A stretch of 64,000 nt of DNA from Candidatus Eiseniibacteriota bacterium. Lineage in GTDB: Bacteria > ARS69. The notes under the pieces were generated by a model that was given only the letters and a program-made list of their open reading frames with translations, ran no database searches and was not told the origin of the DNA. Where the stretch lies: NCBI GenBank assembly GCA_052390515.1, contig JBQTGV010000072.1, positions 7,172-71,171 of the forward strand. The letters are read 5' to 3'. The position numbers and the translations under genes are program-made. The number at the start of each line of letters is the position of its first letter. The first letter of the stretch is position 1. Shown here piece after piece: positions 33,444 through 40,965 of this stretch.

Positions 33444-36298
33444 CCGCGCGCCCCGTCCGCGTCGCGCTCTCGGTCCTGTCGGTGACGGCGGTGGTGCTCG
33501 CGCCGGCTCCGGGCCGCTGCGTGAACCTCTACGGATGGTCGATCAGCGAGAGCAACACGGATCCGTTCGTGAACTCCGGCTCGGGGTTCCTGGGGAGCCG
33601 GACGGTCTATCTGTGGTACGTGTGCAACTCCTCGGAGGGTCTCGCCGGGGCGGAGTTCAACCTCGCCGCGAGCGGCTTCTCTTTCGCGGGCTTCACGCCG
33701 ACGCCCGCGTTCACCGACGGCGGCTCCGGTGCGTCCCTTCGCCTCACCAGCAACGTGAGCTGCGCGACGGGCCCGATGCTCGCCGGCGCGATCCAGCTCT
33801 CCAGCCTGCTCGTCATCCCCGGGCAGATCTGCATCGTGCCGAACTCGGGCAGCGGCGAGAACGTCTCCTACGACTGCTCCTTCGGCCGGCACTGGCCGAA
33901 CCAGACGATCGGCTACTCCACCGGAGGCGCCATCAGCTGCGTCGAGCTGCTGTGCGATCCACCCGACGCGGATCTGGGTGTCATCAAGAGCGTGAACGAC
34001 AGCAAGCCGAAGGAGGGCAGTCCGGCCCAGTACACCATGCAGGTGACGAACGACGGCCCGCAGACGGTGTGCGACGCGCTCGTCACCGATACATGGCCGC
34101 TTGGCCTGGCCTACGACTCGTCCGCCGCCACCCACGGCTGGTACGACCCGACGTTCGGATCGTGGTCGATCGGCACGCTCGCCCCGGGCGACACGGCCAC
34201 GCTCTGGATCGACTTCCACCCGGAGCCCGGCAGCGCGAACCAGACGATCTGGAACGGCGCCGCCGTGTCCGCCACCGCGGACGACGCGAACAATGCGAAC
34301 AACGCCTCCTGGGTGTCCATCGACGTCGCTCCTCCGGGCACCGCGGATCTCGCCGTGGTCAAGACGGTGGACGATCCCGCGCCCGGCGAAGGCGTCGGCG
34401 CGCTCTACGCCTTGACGGTCGCGAACCAAGGTCCCGACGACGTCTTCGACGCCCTCGTCACCGACTGGATGCCGCTCGGCGTCGTCCACGACTCCTCTGC
34501 AGCGACGCACGGCTCGTACGACGACTTCACGGGGTCGTGGTCGATCGGATTTCTTGCCGCCGGTGATTCGGCGACGCTGTGGATCCACTTCCATCCGGGA
34601 ACGGGATCGGCGGGCCAGACGATCTGGAACACCGCGAACGTCTCCGCCACCGCGTCCGACCCGGACGCTTCCGACAACTCGTCGTCGGTCTCCATCGACG
34701 TCGGCCCGCCCGTGATCAGCGCCACGCTGCCGCAGGTCACGACGGGCGACGGGCTGGACGTGCTCGTTCCGGCCACGATCACGAACGACGTCTACGTGAG
34801 CGCCACGACGCTCCACTACCGGGAAGGCGGCAGCCCGGCCTTCTCGCAGCTTGGCATGACGCGCAGCGCGGAAGGCCAGTGGGAGGCGACGGTGCCCGCG
34901 AGCTCCGTCACCATCCGCGGCGTGCAGTACTTCATCGAGGTGACGCACACCTCGCCGAACGCGCCGGGACTCCGCGCGGTGTCCTACTTCCCGGAGACGA
35001 ACTACCGCAGCATGAACGTGATCGTCCCGTCGCAGTCCATCTCCCTGCCGCCGGCGTCCTACGCGCTGCTCGGCGTCCCGTTCCGCGCGGAGCGCGCCGG
35101 CGACCCTCTCGGCGTCTTCGACGAGCTCGCTCCCTACGACACCAAGCGTTGGCGCTACGGCGTGTGGAACGGCACCGGATACCTCGACGGCCCGGCCGCC
35201 GCCGGGGCGGTCACCCCGGGAAAGAGCTTCTGGATCTACGACAAGAACGGGGCGACCGTCGGAATCGGCGGTCTCTCCGCGGATCTCACCTCCGACCACT
35301 CCGTGGTGCTGCACGCCGGCTGGAACATGGTCGCGAGTCCCTTTGCGTTCGCCGTGCCGGCCGACCAGGTGGTGCGGGACCCCGGCGTGCCGCTGGACTT
35401 CGTGAGCTGGAACGGCTCGGGGTACGACCACTTCAACGCGACGATCGTCCCCGGCCGCGGCTATTGGGTGCTGAACACCACCGCCGCACCACGCACGGTG
35501 ACCTTCCCCGTCGGCGTACTGCCCACGGCGCGGATGCCTCTCGCCGGCGATCCCTGGCTGCCGTCGGGGGACGGCTGGGCTGTCGACGTGCACGCCGCGT
35601 CCGGCCGCGCGGCGGACCGCGTGAACCGCTTCGGCATGCGCGACGGCGCGACCGACTCGTTGGACGAGCTCGACCTGCCGGAGGCGCCCGCGCCGCCCGC
35701 GGACTACCTGGTCGTCGCGTTCCTGGACGGCTCCGGCGCGCTGCTGCAGGTGGATTACCGGAGCCGCCGCGACCAAGGCGCGGCGTGGACGATCGCGGTC
35801 GAGAGTGATGCGTCGCCGCACGTGGTCCGGCTCGACTTCGAGGGCGTCGACGCGGCGCCCGCGGAGTGGGAGGTCTTCGCGCTGATCGGCGAGGCGCGGC
35901 AGGACCTTCGCGCCGATCCTTCGCTCGAGACGTTGACCGGTTTCGGGGCGACGTCGCGCCGCATCCATGTCGTCGCCGGACCGCCGGCCTTCGTTCGCGC
36001 CTTCACCGTTCCGGCCGAGCCCATGCAGCTCGTGGTCGGGCCGAACCCGTTCCTCGCGCCGTCCTCGACGACGCTCTCGCTGCTCGTGCCGTCGCCCGGG
36101 CCGGCCAGCCTCGCCGTCTACGACGTCGCCGGGCGGACGGTGCGCGTGCTGCACCGCGGGCCGCTCGACGCGGGACTCCGCGCGTTCTCGTGGAACGGCC
36201 GCGACGAATCCGGCCGCGACGTCGCCGCGGGAGTGTACTTCGTGCGCGCGCAGTCGATGGCGGCGAGCGAGGTCAAGAAGATCCTCGTGCTTCGCTAG
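33440..36298 (+). CDS. Large secreted protein with tandem DUF11 ('conserved repeat domain') modules and C-terminal FlgD-Ig-like/CTD domain
   Basis: Start MTARPVRVALSVLSVTAVVLAPAPG (ATG 33440). Repeated DUF11-like units (VTDTWPLGLAYDSSAATHGWYDPTFGSWSIGTLAPGDTATLWIDF, VTDWMPLGVVHDSSAATHGSYDDFTGSWSIGFLAAGDSATLWIHF). C-terminus …VYDVAGRTVRVLHRGPLDAGLRAFSWNGRDESGRDVAAGVYFVRA. Confidence 0.8.
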   Translation: MTARPVRVALSVLSVTAVVLAPAPGRCVNLYGWSISESNTDPFVNSGSGFLGSRTVYLWYVCNSSEGLAGAEFNLAASGFSFAGFTPTPAFTDGGSGASLRLTSNVSCATGPMLAGAIQLSSLLVIPGQICIVPNSGSGENVSYDCSFGRHWPNQTIGYSTGGAISCVELLCDPPDADLGVIKSVNDSKPKEGSPAQYTMQVTNDGPQTVCDALVTDTWPLGLAYDSSAATHGWYDPTFGSWSIGTLAPGDTATLWIDFHPEPGSANQTIWNGAAVSATADDANNANNASWVSIDVAPPGTADLAVVKTVDDPAPGEGVGALYALTVANQGPDDVFDALVTDWMPLGVVHDSSAATHGSYDDFTGSWSIGFLAAGDSATLWIHFHPGTGSAGQTIWNTANVSATASDPDASDNSSSVSIDVGPPVISATLPQVTTGDGLDVLVPATITNDVYVSATTLHYREGGSPAFSQLGMTRSAEGQWEATVPASSVTIRGVQYFIEVTHTSPNAPGLRAVSYFPETNYRSMNVIVPSQSISLPPASYALLGVPFRAERAGDPLGVFDELAPYDTKRWRYGVWNGTGYLDGPAAAGAVTPGKSFWIYDKNGATVGIGGLSADLTSDHSVVLHAGWNMVASPFAFAVPADQVVRDPGVPLDFVSWNGSGYDHFNATIVPGRGYWVLNTTAAPRTVTFPVGVLPTARMPLAGDPWLPSGDGWAVDVHAASGRAADRVNRFGMRDGATDSLDELDLPEAPAPPADYLVVAFLDGSGALLQVDYRSRRDQGAAWTIAVESDASPHVVRLDFEGVDAAPAEWEVFALIGEARQDLRADPSLETLTGFGATSRRIHVVAGPPAFVRAFTVPAEPMQLVVGPNPFLAPSSTTLSLLVPSPGPASLAVYDVAGRTVRVLHRGPLDAGLRAFSWNGRDESGRDVAAGVYFVRAQSMAASEVKKILVLR

Positions 36299-36849
36299 GG
36301 CAGCTCCTCCCGCCGCCACCCGCGCTCCTGCGGAGTGCCGGTCAGGCTCTGCACGACGCGGTCCACGAAGTCGCCGACGAGGCGCTCCATCGAGTCCGGC
36401 TTCAGGTAGAAGAAAGGCGACACCGGCATGATGAGGCCGCCCTCGCGGGACACGCGCAGCGCGTTCTCCAGCGCGATGCCGGTGAGCGGGCTTTCCCGCA
36501 GACCGATGACGAGGCGACGGCGCTCTTTCAGGGCGATGTGGCAGACCCGCGTGCCCAGCGTGTCCCCGAGCCCGGCCGCGACCTTCGCCAGGAAGCTCGC
36601 GCTGGCGGGCAGCACGGCCACGGCATCGAACGGGTTCGAGCCGGAGGAGAGCGGCGAGGCGAGGTCGTCGTCCGCGAACACGGCGTCCGCCCGACCCTCC
36701 AAGTCCTTGGGAGACAGCCCGGTCTCGTCCTTGAGGACGACCTTGCCCCACCTGGTGAGGATGGCGAGGCGCTCTCCGGGGAGGCGCTTCAGCAGCTCCA
36801 GACCGAAGATCGATCCGGAAGCGCCGGTGATCACGACGATGGTCCGCAC
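36295..36849 (-). CDS. ubiX: UbiX-family flavin prenyltransferase (prFMN synthase)
   Basis: MRTIVVITGASGSIFGLELLKRL… typical UbiX/Pad1. 184 aa. Confidence 0.85.
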   Translation of the reverse strand: MRTIVVITGASGSIFGLELLKRLPGERLAILTRWGKVVLKDETGLSPKDLEGRADAVFADDDLASPLSSGSNPFDAVAVLPASASFLAKVAAGLGDTLGTRVCHIALKERRRLVIGLRESPLTGIALENALRVSREGGLIMPVSPFFYLKPDSMERLVGDFVDRVVQSLTGTPQERGWRREELP

Positions 36850-36883
36850 GGGCGCTCTCCCTGGGCTCGGGCTGCGGCCGACG

Positions 36884-36913
36884 ACGCTAGCAGGGCCGTT
36901 CCGGAAGCGTCAA
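36884..36913 (-). promoter_or_regulatory. Putative promoter of UbiX-like gene: TTGACG-N18-TAGCGTCG
   Basis: On the minus strand: cgTTGACGcttccggaacggccctgcTAGCGTcgtcg, ~35 nt upstream of the ATG. Shares the TTGACG hexamer and the ctgcTAGCGTcg extended -10 with the UbiD-like promoter. Confidence 0.45.
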
Positions 36914-37076
36914 CGGGGCGGCCCCGCAGGAAGGGCGCATGCCGCTTCGACGGCTGTGGCGACGAGCCCCTGGAATCGGGGCGGCGCGGTGGTGTACGAT
37001 CGACTCGTTCTCCCCCGAGCCTCGGGTCCAGCCCGGCACCGCGGGGGCCTTCGCACCGAGCCACAAGGGGCGGCCC

Positions 37077-37580
37077 ATGAAGTCTTTCGCTACGATCTCG
37101 CTCTGGTCGACCTGTGCGGTCGCCGTTCTGGTCACCGGCGCCTCCGCGGCGCCTTCCCGGGACCATGCCGGCATCGGCATCAGCGCCGCTGCGGCAGGAC
37201 CTTTTCCACCGACCCTGCCGGACATCCAGGCGAACGTGTTCACGCCGAGCTGCGCCGTGAGCTTCTGTCACGGAGCGGGAATGTCGGCGAATCTCGATCT
37301 GCGCGACGGCAACTCGTTCTCGAGCCTCGTGAACGTGCCGTCCCTCGTGTCGCCGGGATCGACGCGCGTCGTTCCCTTCGACGCGAACGGCAGCTTCCTC
37401 GTCTGCAAGCTGGAGGCGTGCTCGTGGCTCGTGGGATCGCAGATGCCGCTGATCGGCGGGCCGCTCTCGCAGGACAAGATCAACGTGATCCGCGCCTGGA
37501 TCGGGCTCGGCGCGCCCGAGTTCCCCTCGGTCGGCGTCGAGGCGAACACCTGGGGCCGCGTGAAGACCATGTACCGGTAG
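37077..37580 (+). CDS. Small secreted PSCyt1-like (Planctomycete cytochrome c-type) domain protein with variant C-x4-CH motif
   Basis: Start MKSFATISLWSTCAVAVLVTGASA (ATG 37077, AAGGGG Shine-Dalgarno). …FTPSCAVSFCHGAG..LDLRDG…LV…PG…MP…PLS…I..I..WI..GAP matches the PSCyt1 layout, but with CAVSFCH (CX4CH) where CxxCH is expected. Confidence 0.6.
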   Translation: MKSFATISLWSTCAVAVLVTGASAAPSRDHAGIGISAAAAGPFPPTLPDIQANVFTPSCAVSFCHGAGMSANLDLRDGNSFSSLVNVPSLVSPGSTRVVPFDANGSFLVCKLEACSWLVGSQMPLIGGPLSQDKINVIRAWIGLGAPEFPSVGVEANTWGRVKTMYR

Positions 37581-37625
37581 CCGCTGTGCCGTGAGAGGGC
37601 TCGCGGAAGAGTCCTCGGAAGGGCC

Positions 37626-37645
37626 GAAGGGCGGGAGCCATGCTC
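37626..37645. repeat. Direct repeat copy 1 (cgaagggcgggagccatgct), embedded in the terminator hairpin
   Basis: Identical 20-mer recurs at 38721-38740. An upstream ggaagag (37606-37612) also recurs at 38713-38719. Confidence 0.7.
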
Positions 37646-37663
37646 CCGCCCTTTCGCTTTTGC
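37627..37663 (+). terminator. Rho-independent terminator
   Basis: GAAGGGCGGGAGC-CATG-GCTCCCGCCCTT (12-bp stem, 4-nt loop) followed by TCGCTTTTGCG, 46 nt after the stop at 37578-37580. Confidence 0.8.
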
Positions 37664-37680
37664 GCTGCACGCTCCGTGCC

Positions 37681-38337
37681 TCAGCGTGGTGGATTCCCAC
37701 CCGGGCGCGCGACGCGCGCAAGTCGTCGCTCGAGATCCGAGGCGAAGTCCTGAAGGTCCGCGGGCGAAACGTCGCCGGGAATCCTGGCGTCCGCGGCGAT
37801 CTCGATCTGCGAGAGGATCCACGCGAGCTGCGCTGCGGACATCGCTCCGTCCTTCCTCTCCGCGAGCGCAAGGGCCTCCTCCACGCGAAGACCGGCTCGC
37901 TCGAGGAAGAGGACGTCCACGAGATCACGGATCTCCGCACGGGAAAGCAGCGCACAGAGTTTGTTGGCCAGGATCTCCTCGGGCGCGTCGAGGACGACCA
38001 CCCCCTGCCGGCGCTTCTCCGTGTCCCCCTGAGGTGCCGTATCGAAGACCAGATCCACGATCACCGCCTCATCGCTCCGCCGCACGAGGCGACGCCGGAA
38101 GCTGGGAGAGGTGCGGACGGCTTCCACGGCTGCTCCCAGCTCGCGCGCGACGTCCCGCAGGGCCGCTTCGCCCTCGTCAAGGATCTCCGACGTCGTGAAC
38201 AGATCGAGATCCTGCGTCGTACGATGCCCAAGGTAGAAGCCGGCGAGAGCTGCTCCACCGGTCAGAAAAAAGCGCGACTCCCGACGAAAGAAACTCTCGA
38301 GGATCTCCCGCTGCAGCCTACCGAGTCGGTCGGTCAA
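37681..38337 (-). CDS. AbiEii/AbiGii-family (DUF1814) nucleotidyltransferase toxin
   Basis: Polβ-type NTase motif FLTGGAALAGFYLGHRTTQDLDLF, with a C-terminal helical domain typical of AbiEii (…EEILANKLCALLSRAEIRDLVDVLFL…). Confidence 0.75.
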   Translation of the reverse strand: MTDRLGRLQREILESFFRRESRFFLTGGAALAGFYLGHRTTQDLDLFTTSEILDEGEAALRDVARELGAAVEAVRTSPSFRRRLVRRSDEAVIVDLVFDTAPQGDTEKRRQGVVVLDAPEEILANKLCALLSRAEIRDLVDVLFLERAGLRVEEALALAERKDGAMSAAQLAWILSQIEIAADARIPGDVSPADLQDFASDLERRLARVARPGGNPPR

Positions 38338-38611
38338 CGATCAGCCCCTCCTCGCGCCACCGCCCCAGGAGATACTGCCAGAAAGCCTTCTGCCGGCCGA
38401 GATGCTTGGAGAGCGCGTCCCAGCTGGCCACCACCTCCTCGACCGTCGTGAACCTCCACACGTCACGGTCACGTGCCTCGCGGAGGATCTTGCCGAGAAG
38501 CCGCACACGCTCGGCTTCCGACGCGGTTTGCAGCCGCCGCCGCAGCTCCCCCACCGTCATGGGGTCGTCCCAGAGGAAGTAGGGAACCGCGTCTTCGCGG
38601 TCGAGATCCAT
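38318..38611 (-). CDS. Small protein upstream of/overlapping the AbiEii-like gene (putative cognate antitoxin/partner)
   Basis: ~98 aa from MLSMDLDREDAVPYFLWDDPMTVGELRRRL…; stop overlaps the toxin start by 20 nt. Start ambiguous between ATG at 38611 and 38602. Confidence 0.5.
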   Translation of the reverse strand: MDLDREDAVPYFLWDDPMTVGELRRRLQTASEAERVRLLGKILREARDRDVWRFTTVEEVVASWDALSKHLGRQKAFWQYLLGRWREEGLIVDRPTR

Positions 38612-38720
38612 GGAGAGCATCGTCGCCTGGCCTCGCATTCCGTTGTCCAGTTCACAGGGTAGCGCGCGACGCCCCCGGCGTCTCGAACGTTCCGTCCGTG
38701 TGCGAGCGTGCTGGAAGAGA

Positions 38721-38740
38721 CGAAGGGCGGGAGCCATGCT
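38721..38740. repeat. Direct repeat copy 2 (cgaagggcgggagccatgct)
   Basis: Exact copy of 37626-37645 but lacking the right hairpin arm, so no terminator can form here. Lies in the upstream region of the TA partner gene. Confidence 0.7.
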
Positions 38741-38753
38741 TCCTGCGCGCGAT

Positions 38754-39391
38754 CTACAGGCCCCGTTCGCGCACCGGCCGAGACACTTCCCGATAGGATA
38801 CGTCGATCGTCGCATCCGCGACCGAAAGGTAGCGGCTCACCGACGTGGACCGGATCCCCTCGCCGGCGTACGGCGGGACGGTGAGCAGGAATCCGTCGGC
38901 GAACATCCCCTCCTCGACCTGTGCCTTCACCAGACTGGTGAGATCGATGCCGATGGTGTGGCCGCCTTGCGAGAGATCCACGTCGACGCGACTGTAGAGA
39001 TCCCGGATCGACGTCCCCGCCGGGCCGCTGCCAGCTTGTCCAAGTCGCCCGCTCCGGCGGTCCAGGCAGCCGTGACCGGATGAACCTGGATCTGCTCCCG
39101 GCAGGGAGTCCGGCTGGGCGTCGACGTCGAAGGTCAGCGTGACCCCGAAGGATGAGCGCGCTCTCGGGCAGCCCGAGATCCGGAAGGCGGAAAGAGGATC
39201 CGTTCCTCTCCGCGGCCGTTGGTGATGGTGCTCACGTCCCGGATGCCGGAGGTGATCTGCGTGGCGGTCGAGGGTTGTGCCGCTGCGAGGAGGACCGCGC
39301 TGATCGAATCTCGAATCGCCGGAGGTGCCATGGGGAAGACGGGCGCCTCGCCGACGACTTGATCGTAGACCCTTGCGGGCGGCCAGTTCAA
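38754..39391 (-). pseudogene. Frameshifted 3' remnant of a larger gene (no intact N-terminus)
   Basis: Protein-like translation in two minus-strand frames: …AVLLAAAQPSTATQITSGIRDVSTITNGRGEERILF (39134..39391) and …DLYSRVDVDLSQGGHTIGIDLTSLVKAQVEEGMFADGFLLTVPPYAGEGIRSTSVSRYLSVADATIDVSY (to the stop at 38754). No start or 5' part; the upstream space is occupied by the + strand NTase gene. Confidence 0.4.
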
Positions 39392-39446
39392 GCGGGTCGC
39401 CCACGAACCGCTTGCCGGGACTGCATCCGTCCCTTAAACCGACCCC

Positions 39447-39941
39447 ATGGCCGGTCCCATCGAGGAAGCCCTGCGCGCCTTGAACGCTGCCGAGGTGCGT
39501 TACCTCGTCACCGGCGGGGTGGCCGTCGTGCTGCACGGCTACCTCCGGACCACGGCCGACCTCGACCTCTGGGTGCAGCTCGAGCCCGAGAACCTGCGGC
39601 ACGCCACACGCGCGCTCGGGGCCCTTGGCTACCGGCCGCGCGCCCCGGTGAAGCTCGACGAGTTCGCCGATCCCGCGAAGCGGCGCGAGTGGATCGAAGA
39701 GAAGGGCCTCGTGGTATTCTCGCTCTGGAATCCGAGCGCGCCGCTGGAGATCGACCTCTTTGTGAAGGACCCGTTCGACTTCGGGGCGGCGTGGGCACGG
39801 GCCGTCCGCGCGCCGCTCGAGACCACGGACGCCATGGTCGTCGCGCTGGAGGACCTCATCGCCATGAAGCAGCGCGTCGGCCGGCCGCGCGATCTCGAGG
39901 ACGTCGAGGCGCTGCGAGCGCTGCGCGATGCCTCAGGGTAG
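39447..39941 (+). CDS. Nucleotidyltransferase-fold protein (second NTase module)
   Basis: MAGPIEEALRALNAAEVRYLVTGGVAVVLHGYLRTTADLDLWV shows the same GG…G..R.T.DLDL Polβ-NTase signature as the AbiEii-like protein. Confidence 0.6.
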   Translation: MAGPIEEALRALNAAEVRYLVTGGVAVVLHGYLRTTADLDLWVQLEPENLRHATRALGALGYRPRAPVKLDEFADPAKRREWIEEKGLVVFSLWNPSAPLEIDLFVKDPFDFGAAWARAVRAPLETTDAMVVALEDLIAMKQRVGRPRDLEDVEALRALRDASG

Positions 39942-39950
39942 TGGCAAGCA

Positions 39951-40193
39951 ATGACCGAGCCGAGGATCGATGGCGTGGACGCGCCGTTCCCCGACACGAG
40001 CTGGGAGGCTCACCGGCGTCGCCGCGCCGTCCAGGGTCTGGATCTCACGCCCGCCGAGCGTCTCCGCTGGCTCGAGTCGACGATGGCGACGATGCGCGAG
40101 TGGCGGGGGCGTGCCCACGCACTACCCGACTCCGAACCCCACCAGCGCCAGCACGACGAACCCCAGCCACGCGTTGATCCGGAAGAACGCTAG
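39951..40193 (+). CDS. Small hypothetical ORF downstream of the NTase (possible partner); overlaps 3' end of ubiA-like gene
   Basis: 80 aa, no recognisable domain. Its 3' end overlaps the convergent UbiA-like gene by ~70 nt, so it may be spurious. Confidence 0.25.
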   Translation: MTEPRIDGVDAPFPDTSWEAHRRRRAVQGLDLTPAERLRWLESTMATMREWRGRAHALPDSEPHQRQHDEPQPRVDPEER

Positions 40194-40958
40194 ATCCACC
40201 TTGCGCGCCAGCAGGTGCTCGGCCAGGAGCAGCGCGCCGACCGCGCCGGCGAGCGGCACGACGAACGGCCCTTTCAGGTGCCGTACCGCCATCGCCAGAA
40301 GCAGGGCGAAGGCCACCGAGTGCACGCCAGCCGCGACGGCCAGCGCGCGCCGGCTCCCCAGCGCGGTCGGCAGCGAACGCAGCCCCGCCTTCCGGTCGAA
40401 GTCCTCGTCGAGCGTCGCGTAGATGACGTCGAACCCCGCGACCCACAGCCAGGTGAACCCGACGAGCAGATGCACGGCACCGAGCGGCAGCACCCGCCCG
40501 GTCACCGCCGCATACGCCGCCAGTGGCCCGAAGGCGAGCGCTGCCCCAACCCCAAAGTGCGCGAGCGGCGTCCATCGCTTCAGGAACGGATACAGGGCGA
40601 AGAGCGCGAGTGGCACCGGCGAGAGGCGAAGGCAGATCGGCGGCAGGTTCGCGACGCCGAGATAGAAGAGCGCGGTCCCCGCCGCGGCCACGGCCCACGC
40701 CACCCCGAGGCTCATCCGGCCGGCCGGCAGCTCCCGCGCGGCGGTCCGCGGATTCCGCGCGTCGATCCGCCGGTCGATGATGCGGTTCAGCGCCATGGCA
40801 AGCGTCCGAGCCCCCGTCCCGGCGACGAGGATCCAGAGCAGGGGCTTCGCGTCCGGCCAGCCTCCCGCGCCGAGCATGGCTCCGGCGAGCAGCAACGGCA
40901 GCGAGAACAGCGTGTGCTCGAACTTGACGAACTCGAGCAGCGTGCGGACCCGGATCAC
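40122..40958 (-). CDS. ubiA: UbiA-family polyprenyltransferase (candidate menaquinone prenyltransferase)
   Basis: Polytopic, with UbiA motifs (…NRIIDRRIDARNPRTAARELP… …VAGFDVIYATLDEDFDRKAGLRSL). No in-frame ATG precedes the conserved VIRVRTLLEFVKFEH, so a GTG start at 40956-40958 is inferred. Confidence 0.7.
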   Translation of the reverse strand: MIRVRTLLEFVKFEHTLFSLPLLLAGAMLGAGGWPDAKPLLWILVAGTGARTLAMALNRIIDRRIDARNPRTAARELPAGRMSLGVAWAVAAAGTALFYLGVANLPPICLRLSPVPLALFALYPFLKRWTPLAHFGVGAALAFGPLAAYAAVTGRVLPLGAVHLLVGFTWLWVAGFDVIYATLDEDFDRKAGLRSLPTALGSRRALAVAAGVHSVAFALLLAMAVRHLKGPFVVPLAGAVGALLLAEHLLARKVDLAFFRINAWLGFVVLALVGFGVG

Positions 40959-40965
40959 CGCACGC

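Noticed and set aside
36939-37076. N-terminal 46 codons of track ORF 36939..37580 (MPLRRLWRRAPGIGAARW…)
   Set aside because: No signal-peptide logic and R-rich. The downstream in-frame ATG at 37077 has an AAGGGG Shine-Dalgarno and yields a canonical signal peptide, so the gene was started there.
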